The position numbers were made by a program, and so were the translations under genes. Under the pieces are notes generated by a model. It searched no databases. It was not told the DNA's origin and was given only the letters and a program-made list of their open reading frames with translations. DNA of 64,000 nt from Planctomycetota bacterium (GTDB lineage Bacteria > Planctomycetota > SZUA-567 > H5-PLA8): positions 1,468 to 65,467 of the forward strand of contig DASPJR010000104.1 in NCBI GenBank assembly GCA_035628505.1, written 5' to 3'. Positions 27,707 through 36,900 of the stretch are shown piece by piece. The first letter of the stretch is position 1. Each line of letters starts with the position of its first letter.

Positions 27707-29488
27707 TTAGCGGTGGTTGTAGCGGCCCGGCGGGGTGTCCTTGTACTGCGTGCCGAAGCCGAAGATGCGCCGCGCGTGCTCGCCCGTGTACGGCGCGTTG
27801 GCGCCGGTGCGGATCAGGTCGACTCCGAGCGGAAAGAAGATGTTGCTGGCGCTTGGCGACTGGCTGGCCGGCAGGATGTTAGTGACCCTGGTGCTCAGCA
27901 CGTTGGTCTGCAGCTTGCCCTTGAAGTTCTTCGTATTCAGCGAGAAGTTTCGCACGCCGTCGGCAATTGTGCCGCGGAAGTTGATTCCATTGCCGCCGCT
28001 GCGCAACGCGGCGCTGCCCAGGGTCTGCGTGAAGTTGCCGCCGATGCGCACGCGCACCGAGTTGATCGAGTCGAAGCCCTGCTTGAAGCCGCTGGGATCA
28101 ACGACAGCCGTGCGCGGAACGGCAACGAACGCCGCGCGCCAGGAATCGCCAAGCTGGCCGCTGAGCGTCGTGTTGTCCTTGCCGCGCACGGAGACGAGCT
28201 GGAAGCTGCCGGCGGCGCTCGAACCCTGGCTGCCCAGGCGATAATCCAACGCGTAGCGCACACCGGTGATCTTGGTCTCGAAATCCAGAACTTCCGTGCT
28301 CGAAACCGCGTCGCCGATGCTGATCTGCACCGGCAGGCGCGTCAGGCCGGGGGTGGGGCCGGTCGAGCTAAAGCCCAGCCCGCTGGTGAAATTGCCCTTG
28401 CTGATCGAGACGTCCACGGAGCCTTTTCCGGAATTCACCTTCACATTGACCTTCGACTGGTCGCGCAGCGTTCCGGCGAAGCGGCCATTCTGGTCCAGGC
28501 GGCCGGAGATGCTCACGCCGGCGATGCGGAAGGTGAATTCGGAATTGAGCAGCTTGAAATCGTCCTGGCCCAGCACATTGACAAGGCCTTTGTAGCGCAC
28601 GGTATCGCGGCCCGGACCATTGCGTTCGCCGCGGATGCTGCACTGCAGCGTGGTCACGTCGGACGAAGTCACCGGGTTGTTTGCGACGGTGATCGTGAAG
28701 GTCTGGTCCTGTGCCGAGTTCGCGCGGTTGCGCGCAATCTGCCTGAAGCCGTCGGTGCAGCGGACGGTCATGTTAAAGCTTCCGACAACCAGCGGGCGTC
28801 CGACGATCGCGCCATCGGGCGTCAGAAACAATCCGAGGTCTTTTGGCGTAACGGCCGTCCCCAGTGAGTTGGTCAGCGAGACCAGCGAGTAAACCAGGAA
28901 GCCATTGCCGCCGATGACATCAAGCTTGGCCGTGTAGCTGTCGCCCAGGCGCGCGGAGGGAACGCGGTCCACAGCGAAGCGGAAGATGCCCCGGCTGTCG
29001 ACGAGAGTCAGATTGAAATAGCCTGTCGTGGTTGCCGGGTTGGTGCCCTGCGAATCCTGGCCGCGAACGAAGAAGCGGATGCCGGGCGCGCCCAGGATCG
29101 TCTGGCCAGGGAAGGGCGCCTGTGCCGGCGGGCACGAACCGGCGAGCACGCCGGAGATGCCGAACTGCAGCGTGGTGCGCAGGCCTTCGATGGCGTTGGT
29201 GAAAGACGCTGTTCCAAAGGAGGTAAAGCGGTAAGGCCGTACGCCGCCTTCGGCTGTGACGTAGCGCGTGATCGTAGAACCGAACGCCGCATCGCCGAGG
29301 TCGTACTCATCGGTGGTGAAGGGGATCAGCGGATTGGTAAAGCGGAACGGCACCAGCGATCCAACGGCGCGGTTGCCGGCTTGCGGACCGGACGGTTCTT
29401 CAATCTGAGACACACCCAGGCAGAATCCCGCAGCCGCGAATACCAGCCCCAGGGCGATGGCGCGCGATTTCCAGACAGCAGAACGCAT
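27707..29488 (-). CDS. hypothetical exported protein (594 aa, Ser/Thr/Gly-rich, beta-rich)
   Basis: Start set to ATG 29488 (GAGGAG RBS, signal peptide MRSAVWKSRAIALGLVFAAAGF). No family recognised. Confidence 0.6.
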   Translation of the reverse strand: MRSAVWKSRAIALGLVFAAAGFCLGVSQIEEPSGPQAGNRAVGSLVPFRFTNPLIPFTTDEYDLGDAAFGSTITRYVTAEGGVRPYRFTSFGTASFTNAIEGLRTTLQFGISGVLAGSCPPAQAPFPGQTILGAPGIRFFVRGQDSQGTNPATTTGYFNLTLVDSRGIFRFAVDRVPSARLGDSYTAKLDVIGGNGFLVYSLVSLTNSLGTAVTPKDLGLFLTPDGAIVGRPLVVGSFNMTVRCTDGFRQIARNRANSAQDQTFTITVANNPVTSSDVTTLQCSIRGERNGPGRDTVRYKGLVNVLGQDDFKLLNSEFTFRIAGVSISGRLDQNGRFAGTLRDQSKVNVKVNSGKGSVDVSISKGNFTSGLGFSSTGPTPGLTRLPVQISIGDAVSSTEVLDFETKITGVRYALDYRLGSQGSSAAGSFQLVSVRGKDNTTLSGQLGDSWRAAFVAVPRTAVVDPSGFKQGFDSINSVRVRIGGNFTQTLGSAALRSGGNGINFRGTIADGVRNFSLNTKNFKGKLQTNVLSTRVTNILPASQSPSASNIFFPLGVDLIRTGANAPYTGEHARRIFGFGTQYKDTPPGRYNHR

Positions 29489-29720
29489 GATGGCTCCTCG
29501 AAACAAAAAGCTTCCCAACCCTAACCCGATTTATAGCGTCCTTATACACTAACAGGATTTTTCCTGCCTGTACAGAGCGCAAAAATGCGGGCATGCAAGA
29601 GTTTGCAATAGCTCGCGGCCGTCACTCCGGAGCGGCTTCTGCAATCGTCACGCAGAGCTGCGCCGGAAGCGTGCCGGATTCGCGACGCTTCATGCTGACG
29701 AAGCTTAGGGCGATTTCGCG

Positions 29721-30857
29721 CTAACGGGGTTTATTTAAATCGCGCACAAGTTCACTGACTTTTTTAACATCCTGGTCGCGGTCGAGCTTGCAGATCAGAA
29801 TCTCCGAGCCGCTTTCGACTACCGCCAGGCCTTCTACGCCGATCAGCGCCACGCGTTTTCCCGGCGCGAAGACCAGATTGTTGCGTGCATCCACTGGAAG
29901 AACCGTCGTTGCCGGACCCGTGGCGTTGTCAGCGCCCTGCTGCAGATGGGCGGCCACGGCGCTCCAGGAGCCGATGTCGTCCCAGTCGAAGCTGGCTGCC
30001 ACCGTCGCGACAGCCCTGGCGTGCTCCATGATTCCAAAGTCGATCGAGATTTTTTTAAGAGCCGGGAAGAGCTGGCGCGCCGCCGATTCCCAGTCGCTGC
30101 CGCCAGGACTGAGCTGCGAGAGTTTCTTAATGAGCTCGCCATGTCCGGGAAGCTGCCGCTCGAATTCTGAGACCAGAATATGGAGCGGATAAAGAAAGAT
30201 GCCGCCGTTCCAGAAGTACTCCCCGCTGCTGACGTATTTCTCAGCCGTCGCGCGGTCGGGCTTCTCGCGGAACTCCGACACGCGGTACACCGCCGGCCCC
30301 GACGCATTCGCCGCTTTCAGCTTTGCCGCATCGCCGCGGTGAATGTAACCGTAGCCTGTCGCCGGCTTCTGCGGCACGATCCCGTAGGTAACCAGCGCAT
30401 CGAGTTCCAGCGCCGCTTCAGCGCCCGTGCGTGTGGTTTCAGCAAATCGCTCAACCTGATGAATGACGTGATCACCTGGAAGAACCAGCATGACGCCTCG
30501 GGAATCTCCTCCTTTTTCGGCATTGATTTTACGGACCAACGCGGCAGCTGCGTACGCCACAGCGGCCGCCGTATCCCGCGGTTCGGGCTCAATGAGCAGG
30601 TTTTCCGCGGTCAATTCCGGCAGTGACTGGCGAATTAAGGGAGCTTGCGCGGCGCCGGCGACGACAAAGCAGTCACTGGCGGGCGCGACAGCACGTCCGC
30701 GTTCCCACGCGCCTTCGAGCAGACTTTGGACGCGCCCGGTGGAATCGGCTTTGCTGAAAAGCCGCAAGTCCCACTTCGGTTTTTCGCGGTCCGATGCCGG
30801 CCACAGCCGTGACGAGGCGCCACCTGCGAGAAGGACGGGGAAGATGCGTGCACTCAT
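29721..30857 (-). CDS. mannose-1-phosphate guanylyltransferase (GDP-mannose pyrophosphorylase)
   Basis: FPVLLAGGASSRLWP nucleotidyltransferase motif, 378 aa, ManC-like without a cupin/PMI domain. Confidence 0.75.
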   Translation of the reverse strand: MSARIFPVLLAGGASSRLWPASDREKPKWDLRLFSKADSTGRVQSLLEGAWERGRAVAPASDCFVVAGAAQAPLIRQSLPELTAENLLIEPEPRDTAAAVAYAAAALVRKINAEKGGDSRGVMLVLPGDHVIHQVERFAETTRTGAEAALELDALVTYGIVPQKPATGYGYIHRGDAAKLKAANASGPAVYRVSEFREKPDRATAEKYVSSGEYFWNGGIFLYPLHILVSEFERQLPGHGELIKKLSQLSPGGSDWESAARQLFPALKKISIDFGIMEHARAVATVAASFDWDDIGSWSAVAAHLQQGADNATGPATTVLPVDARNNLVFAPGKRVALIGVEGLAVVESGSEILICKLDRDQDVKKVSELVRDLNKPR

Positions 30858-31037
30858 TTAAGGGAGCTCTCCAAAAGTTGCTGTGTCAACGTTTCCTGCT
30901 CAAAAGGAAGCACTGCGAAAAAACATACTTGCCGAAAACTTGTAAGTTTGGGTAAGTTTTGGGGATCAAGTCTAAGTAACTGTTGAATTTGCGAAAGTCC
31001 ATTGTAGCTTTGGGCGTAACAAATTTTATTCCGGAGC

Positions 31038-34000
31038 ATGGTGCTGCGTATGTCTGCGGGTGGGCAAACTTCACTGAGTCAGATTCAGGAAAGCCTGTTC
31101 GGCGCACTTGCTGTGCGTTACCACTTTGTCCTTGAACATCAAGTCAAAGAAGCGCTACAGATCCAGCAGCAGTTCCAGCAGGCCGGTCAGCCCGTGCCGC
31201 GCATGGGCGAAATCCTGGCGCAGCGCGGCTACATCACCACTGAACAAGTGCAGGCCGTCCTTAAAGGGCAGCTCGCCAGCGGTTCGCGCCGCTTCGGCGA
31301 ACTGGCCATTGGCCTGCAATTCTGCTCGCAGGCAGATATCGAAGCCGCCTTGCAGGTTCAGCAGCAAATCAAGGCCTGCGGCAGCCATCAGCGCGTGGGT
31401 GAGATTCTCGTCGCACGCGGCGCATTGCGCCCCCATCAGGTCCACGCCGTGCTCAAGCAGCAGGGCAAAGCAGTCATCGCCTGCCCGGGTTGTACGGCTC
31501 GCCTGAATGTGAGCGGAGTCAGCCCCGGTTCGACTGTACGCTGCCCGCGCTGCAAAACTGTCATCCGGCCGCCCAGCGCCGAAGATACCGAGGTGGCTGA
31601 AGAAGAAGCAGCGCCATCCAATGTGCGCGCCGACATGAGCGTGGTCATGCCCGCAGTGGGAGGCCAGTCCAGCGGCGGTGGTATCAGCCGCATGGCTAAC
31701 GCTGTCGTCGGCACCTACCAGCTTGGCGAAAAACTCGGCACCGACAGCTCAGGCGTGCTCTACAAGGGATTCGATCCGCAGCACGGCACGCATGTGGCCA
31801 TCCGCATGCTCAGCCCAAGCGCCGCCAACACGCGCCAGGCGATCGACCGCTGGATTTCTGCCGGCGAAGCGGCCAGCGAGCTGGTCCATCCGAATCTGCA
31901 GCGCATTCTGTCGATCAGCACCGACGGCGGCCGTGTGTACCTCGTGCTGGAGTATGTGGATGGCGAGTCGTTGCGCAAGAGCCTGGCGCGACGTTCAAAG
32001 TTCCCGGTGCTGGAAGCTGTCGATGTCCTGATTCAGATGGCCGAAGCGCTTGCCTACGGCCACGGACATGGTTTCCTGCATGGCGACCTGCGCCCGGCGC
32101 ATGTGCTGATCGGCTTTGATGGCATCGTCCGCATTTCCGGTCTGGGTACGCCCAAGAATGTTTCGTTGAATCTACGCCAGGTCGCAGGACAGCTGGGTGA
32201 AGAAGCACTGCCGCTCTATACGGCGCCGGAAGTGATGATCGATGAAGAGAACGCCGAGGAGCGATCGGATATCTATTCCCTGGGCGCCATCGGCTACCAG
32301 ATGCTCACCGGCCGCCCGCCGCACCAGGGTACTAACGTTCTGCAAGTGGGCCTGAAGATCGCCTCTGAAAATCCGGTTCCGCCGCGCAACATTGATGCAC
32401 GCATTCCGCCTTACATCAACCGCCTGATCTGCAAGTGCCTGAACGCCGAGCCCAACGAACGCTACGACGCCATGGTGGGAATTCTGGAGGATCTGCGCAA
32501 GGCGCGGCAGGCGCTGCTGAGCGACGTGGCTGATGTGCCGGAGATCGGCGCGCCCACTGCCAGGATGAGCGGCATGCGCGCGGCTGTTGGTACTGGGCGT
32601 AATCTGAAGGAAGAAGCGCGTTCGAAAAAGCGGCTGCACACGCATGTCATCCGCGGCGGCCACGGCGGGCGTTCCGGTCAGCACGCAGCTGTCGGTGGCC
32701 GTACCGGACGGCACGGCGCCGTCACCGGAAAACAGCGCGCTGTCGGCCCGCGTCGTGGCGCACGCAGCAGCAGCATGATGCGGGCGGTCGGACACGCCGC
32801 GCCGGCTGAAATGCCTGCTCCAGTAGCACCGCAGCCTGTTTCTTCCGCCTCGCGCCTGCCGGCCGTGGTCGCACCCAGGCCCAGGAAGCCCGGCAGCCCC
32901 GATGAGCCGGTCGATCTGCTCGGCGATATCGATCCGCTCTCCGCCGGTCCCGCGAAAGCGTATTCGCCGAACGAGGACGCGGACCTCGACGAGCAGATCG
33001 AAGAGCAGGAAGCCATTGCGCGCAAGAAGCGCAAGGAAGGCCCGCCGCTCGATCAGGGCGTCTCAACCAAAGTCGTGCTGATCGGTACGGCGGTGGTCGT
33101 GGTGCTGATCATTATCCTGTTTGTCGTGGCCGGCCGGAACAAGCCGGCGCCAGTCGCCGCGACCAATACTCCCGCCAAGCCCAAGACGGATGAACCCGTT
33201 CAACCGGCTGTCGTCGTGAAAAGCGATACGCGCGCGCTGTCTGAATGGAAGCTGATCGATGATCACATCAAGGCCAACCCCAGCGATTTCAGCGGCATCG
33301 TTCGCCGCTTGGAAGCGTTCAAGCTGAAGTTCGTCGATACGCCCACGCCGGCCGAACAGGCTTCTGATGCCGTCTCGATGCTCAAGCAGTACAGCACGCT
33401 CGGCGCGAATGCCACGCTGCCGGACCTGCGCACGGCCATGCAGAAATTCCTGGACGATGAAAAGTTCGGCGATGCCGAGAAGGCTGTCGACCGCTGGAAA
33501 GACCAGTGGACCGGCGATGCCGAGACGGCAAACACCGCCAAGGCGCTGCGGGCTGAAATTGCGCAGAAGCAGAAACAGATGGCCGAATCGCGCATGAACG
33601 AAGCGGCGGCATTCCGCAAGGAGCGCAAGTGGGAACAGGCTTATGCCGCCTACAAGCGCATCACTGAAAACTATGAGCAGCAGTACTCCGATGCGGCTCG
33701 TAAGGCGCGGCTTGAAGCCATGGCCGAATCGGAAAGCACGCAGAGCGCCGAGCAGCGTGAAGCGATCGCCCGCAAAGCGGCCGAAGCGCAGGCCGCGAAG
33801 GAAGCTGCGGCGCCCGCGCGCCTGCAGCAGCTCAGCGCCGACCTCGAAGCGGCGCTGAAGAGTTTTAATCTCGAGCAGGGCAAACGGCTGCTGGACAATG
33901 CCTTCGATCTGCTTTCCGGTACGCCGCAGGGGCCGGACTATGTTGAGCTGAAAAACGATTACAACCGCATGGTTTCACTGCGCGACCGGATGGTTAAAGG

Positions 34001-34847
34001 CATCAAGGCCGGCAAGTTCTCCGATCCGCGCGTGACTTATCGCAATCAGCAGTACGTTGCGGTGGACTGCACGGACAAGGGACCAATCATTGAGGCCGGC
34101 ACGGGAAAGGTGCCGATTCCATGGTCCGACATCGCGGGCGAGGACATTGCTGAAATCGCCAAGCGCGCCAGCCATTCCGAAAACGGCCTGGAGATGCTCG
34201 AACTGGGAATGATTCGCTTTTATCTAGGAAAATATTTCGACGCGAAGAAGGCTTTGACCGAAGCCCAGCGCCTGGGCGCTCCCGTGTCGCGCTTCCTGCC
34301 GCGCGCCGAAGCAAAACTGAAGGAAACGGCGGCCAAGCCTGAGCCGGCGCCTGAAGTCGTGGCGCCGCCGCCGGCGACCAACACCAAGCCCGAGCCTGCG
34401 GCAGCTGGCGGCGCGGACCCGGAGATGGTAAAGGCGCTTGCGGACAAGGGTCTGGAGATCAACCGCGGGATCTGGAAGCTGCAGAACAACATCTGGCAGG
34501 CCTTCGGCGATCCAACCGACTCGAATACGACGCTGATGAGTCTCAAGCGCTCGCTCAAGAAGACCTTCAGCAAGGTGTCGATCGAAGTGCGCGGTACTGG
34601 CGATCAGGCCGGATTCAGCTTCGGCAAGGACCGCCGTTTTGTGATCAAGCCCGACGGCGGATGGCAGCGCGTCACTGTCGAACGCAAAGACAACCGCATC
34701 GTCTTCACGGTGGACAACGCGCCGCGCGAATCGGTCGAACCCATCGGACAGGGCGTGAACGCCGACAACCTGGTGAGTGAAGGCATCATGTACATCCGCT
34801 TCCAGGGCACGAAGGGCGAGTTCCGCAACCTGACTGTTGTTGAGTAA
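31038..34847 (+). CDS. bitopic membrane protein: 3x MshEN-like motifs + zinc ribbon + degenerate Ser/Thr kinase domain (predicted pseudokinase) + TM + ~600-aa extracytoplasmic coiled-coil/TPR-like region
   Basis: Three MshEN-like motifs: RMGEILAQRGYITTEQVQAVLKGQ, RFGELAIGLQFCSQADIEAALQVQ, RVGEILVARGALRPHQVHAVLKQQ. Zinc ribbon: CPGC..CPRC. Kinase subdomains present but VAIK is replaced by VAIRM, HRDLKPxN by HGDLRPAH, and DFG by GLG. TM helix VVLIGTAVVVVLIIILFVVAG. Confidence 0.8.
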   Translation: MVLRMSAGGQTSLSQIQESLFGALAVRYHFVLEHQVKEALQIQQQFQQAGQPVPRMGEILAQRGYITTEQVQAVLKGQLASGSRRFGELAIGLQFCSQADIEAALQVQQQIKACGSHQRVGEILVARGALRPHQVHAVLKQQGKAVIACPGCTARLNVSGVSPGSTVRCPRCKTVIRPPSAEDTEVAEEEAAPSNVRADMSVVMPAVGGQSSGGGISRMANAVVGTYQLGEKLGTDSSGVLYKGFDPQHGTHVAIRMLSPSAANTRQAIDRWISAGEAASELVHPNLQRILSISTDGGRVYLVLEYVDGESLRKSLARRSKFPVLEAVDVLIQMAEALAYGHGHGFLHGDLRPAHVLIGFDGIVRISGLGTPKNVSLNLRQVAGQLGEEALPLYTAPEVMIDEENAEERSDIYSLGAIGYQMLTGRPPHQGTNVLQVGLKIASENPVPPRNIDARIPPYINRLICKCLNAEPNERYDAMVGILEDLRKARQALLSDVADVPEIGAPTARMSGMRAAVGTGRNLKEEARSKKRLHTHVIRGGHGGRSGQHAAVGGRTGRHGAVTGKQRAVGPRRGARSSSMMRAVGHAAPAEMPAPVAPQPVSSASRLPAVVAPRPRKPGSPDEPVDLLGDIDPLSAGPAKAYSPNEDADLDEQIEEQEAIARKKRKEGPPLDQGVSTKVVLIGTAVVVVLIIILFVVAGRNKPAPVAATNTPAKPKTDEPVQPAVVVKSDTRALSEWKLIDDHIKANPSDFSGIVRRLEAFKLKFVDTPTPAEQASDAVSMLKQYSTLGANATLPDLRTAMQKFLDDEKFGDAEKAVDRWKDQWTGDAETANTAKALRAEIAQKQKQMAESRMNEAAAFRKERKWEQAYAAYKRITENYEQQYSDAARKARLEAMAESESTQSAEQREAIARKAAEAQAAKEAAAPARLQQLSADLEAALKSFNLEQGKRLLDNAFDLLSGTPQGPDYVELKNDYNRMVSLRDRMVKGIKAGKFSDPRVTYRNQQYVAVDCTDKGPIIEAGTGKVPIPWSDIAGEDIAEIAKRASHSENGLEMLELGMIRFYLGKYFDAKKALTEAQRLGAPVSRFLPRAEAKLKETAAKPEPAPEVVAPPPATNTKPEPAAAGGADPEMVKALADKGLEINRGIWKLQNNIWQAFGDPTDSNTTLMSLKRSLKKTFSKVSIEVRGTGDQAGFSFGKDRRFVIKPDGGWQRVTVERKDNRIVFTVDNAPRESVEPIGQGVNADNLVSEGIMYIRFQGTKGEFRNLTVVE

Positions 34848-34883
34848 CTTATCAATCCTCAACAACGCAACACCAAGACACGA

Positions 34884-35128
34884 AGATTCGAATCTCGAAA
34901 TCCGAATTTCGAAATCCGAAACAAACTCAAATTCCCGAATGTTCAAGGCTCGAAACTGCAGCGCCAATCGACTTGACCACCTAGTCATATCCGGTTCCTC
35001 CAATTCTCTCCGTGAGCTTCGTGTTCTCCGTGTCTCCGTGTTGAAGTCGTGAAGAGCCGGTGCAGTTTCGAACATTTGGTTTTCGAGTTTTGGATTTGTT
35101 TCGAGTTTCGAATTTCGTGCTTCGGATT
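34884..35128. repeat. MITE-like intergenic element, copy A (245 bp), with termini built of CGAAATC heptamers and a GTTTCGAACATT core
   Basis: Left end GATTCGAATCTCGAAATCCGAATTTCGAAATCCGAAACAAACTCAAA. Right end TTTGTTTCGAGTTTCGAATTTCGTGCTTCGGATTTT. Related copies at 42320, 43377, 45872 and 51096. Confidence 0.7.
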
Positions 35129-35333
35129 TTTTCCTGCCATTAGCAGCCTCATCTTTACGTGAACGTCGCAAGCGCGTTGCGTTGCTGAACAAAATTTCCG
35201 CAGTTTGCGTCAAAAATTTTTCAATTCGCACGCGGAAGTCTTGACAGAGCGCATACAAAACGAGTATTGAACGTCTTTCGCAAACTCGCTGCGCGGTCCG
35301 CAGAAAAATTGCGGCTGATTCTCCCAAGGAGAA

Positions 35334-36806
35334 ATGATGAAAGAAGGCATCAAGTTCGACGGCAAAGTATTGATCATCGGCCTTGGCGCGGTCTCGCGCT
35401 GCACGATTCCGCTGCTGATGAAGCACATCGATGCGCCGCCCGACCGCTTCATAATCCTTGATTTCGCCGACGTCGAAGCGCACGCGCGCCCCTTCAAGGA
35501 AATGGGCGCCAACTTCGTCAAGGACCGCGTGACGCGCGAGAACATGAGCGAGCTGCTCTCGAAGCATGTCGGCTCGGGCGATATCATCATCGACCTGGCG
35601 TGGAACATCGGCTGCACCGACATCCTGCAGTGGTGCTACGACCACAACGTCCGCTACCTGAACACCTCCGTCGAACTGTGGGACCCCTACGAAGGCGCAC
35701 CCAACCAGCCGCCGACCGAGCGCACGCTTTACGCGCGCCAGATGTCCATCCGTAAGATGGTGGCCTCCTGGAAACCCAAGCGCGGCGCAACCGCGGTGCT
35801 CGACCACGGCGCAAACCCCGGCCTCGTCTCGCACTTCACCAAGGCGGCGCTCGAAGACATCGCTCAGAAGTGGCTGTCCGAGCACAACGAACAGGGCGAG
35901 CGCCGGCAGCTGATCGAAGAATTCTACAAGAAGCGCATGTTCAACCGCCTCGCGCATCTGCTCGACGTCAAAGTCATCCACATCAGCGAGCGCGACACGC
36001 AGATCAGCAACGTTCCGAAAGAGCTGAACGAGTTCGTCAACACGTGGTCGATCGAAGGCTTCTACGAAGAAGGCATCGCGCCGGCCGAAATGGGCTGGGG
36101 CACGCACGAACGCACGCTGCCGCCGCGCGCGCAGATGCATCTTTCCGGCCCGATGAACCAGATATGCATCGCCAACATGGGCTGCCGAACATGGGTGCGC
36201 TCGTGGGTGCCGTGCGGTGAAATCGTCGGGATGGTGATCCGCCACGGCGAAGCGTTTTCGATTTCCGAAAACCTGACTGTGCGCGAGGAAGGCATGCCCG
36301 TCTACCGCCCGACGGTCCATTACGCCTACTGCCCCTGCGACGCCGCGATTGCCAGTCTGCATGAGCTGCAGATGCGCCATTACAATCTGCAGCCGAAGCT
36401 GCGCATCATGAACGATGAAATTACCGACGGCCGCGATGAACTGGGCTGCCTGCTGATGGGCCATGATTACAAGAGCTGGTGGATTGGCTCGAAGCTGGAT
36501 ATCCACGAAGCGCGCAAGCTGGTGCCCGGGCAGAACGCTACGACGCTGCAGGTAGCCTGCTCAGTCATGGCCGCGACACTGTGGATGATCAAGAATCCGA
36601 CGCAGGGTGTGTGCGTGCCTGACGATCTGCCGCACCGCGAAATTCTCGCGACCGCCAAGCCGTACCTGGGACCGTTCGTTTCTGAAGCCGTGGACTGGAC
36701 GCCGCTGAAGAACTGGCACAGCCCCTTCGAACGCTACGGCACGCAGCGCCCGCCCGACGAAGACGTGTGGCAGTTCAATACCTTCCTCGTCCGCGGCCTG
36801 GGTTGA
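35334..36806 (+). CDS. hss: homospermidine synthase
   Basis: Strong collinear similarity to bacterial homospermidine synthase: VNTWSIEGF, TVHYAYCPCD, PGQNATTLQV, AKPYLGPF, WQFNTFLVRG. 490 aa. Confidence 0.85.
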   Translation: MMKEGIKFDGKVLIIGLGAVSRCTIPLLMKHIDAPPDRFIILDFADVEAHARPFKEMGANFVKDRVTRENMSELLSKHVGSGDIIIDLAWNIGCTDILQWCYDHNVRYLNTSVELWDPYEGAPNQPPTERTLYARQMSIRKMVASWKPKRGATAVLDHGANPGLVSHFTKAALEDIAQKWLSEHNEQGERRQLIEEFYKKRMFNRLAHLLDVKVIHISERDTQISNVPKELNEFVNTWSIEGFYEEGIAPAEMGWGTHERTLPPRAQMHLSGPMNQICIANMGCRTWVRSWVPCGEIVGMVIRHGEAFSISENLTVREEGMPVYRPTVHYAYCPCDAAIASLHELQMRHYNLQPKLRIMNDEITDGRDELGCLLMGHDYKSWWIGSKLDIHEARKLVPGQNATTLQVACSVMAATLWMIKNPTQGVCVPDDLPHREILATAKPYLGPFVSEAVDWTPLKNWHSPFERYGTQRPPDEDVWQFNTFLVRGLG

Positions 36807-36858
36807 TTCTTTGTTCAGCGCAGCGGAGACGCTGGGAAACGGCATGAGTAAGAAACGT

Positions 36859-36887
36859 GAAGACTCCAGAATAGCGTTGGAGTCTTC
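36859..36887. terminator. bidirectional stem-loop (10-bp perfect stem GAAGACTCCA/TGGAGTCTTC) between convergent hss and SGNH-hydrolase genes
   Basis: Direct reading. Minus-strand side is followed by a U-rich tract (RC of AAGAAACG...). Confidence 0.5.
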
Positions 36888-36900
36888 GACAAACGCCGCA

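Noticed and set aside
34884-34900. tRNA-like T-arm (AGATTCGAATCT)
   Set aside because: No acceptor stem or anticodon arm could be built around it. The sequence is part of the MITE terminal repeat, recurring in all copies.
34224-36506. 760-aa ORF on the minus strand
   Set aside because: Antisense to two well-supported plus-strand genes (the pseudokinase C-terminus and homospermidine synthase). Arg/Ala-rich composition typical of GC-rich antisense frames. The same reasoning rejects the other long antisense ORFs in the track: 49675-51021, 60209-62503, 43592-44890, 55553-57007, 27713-28867, 16141-16998 and 21568-22515.
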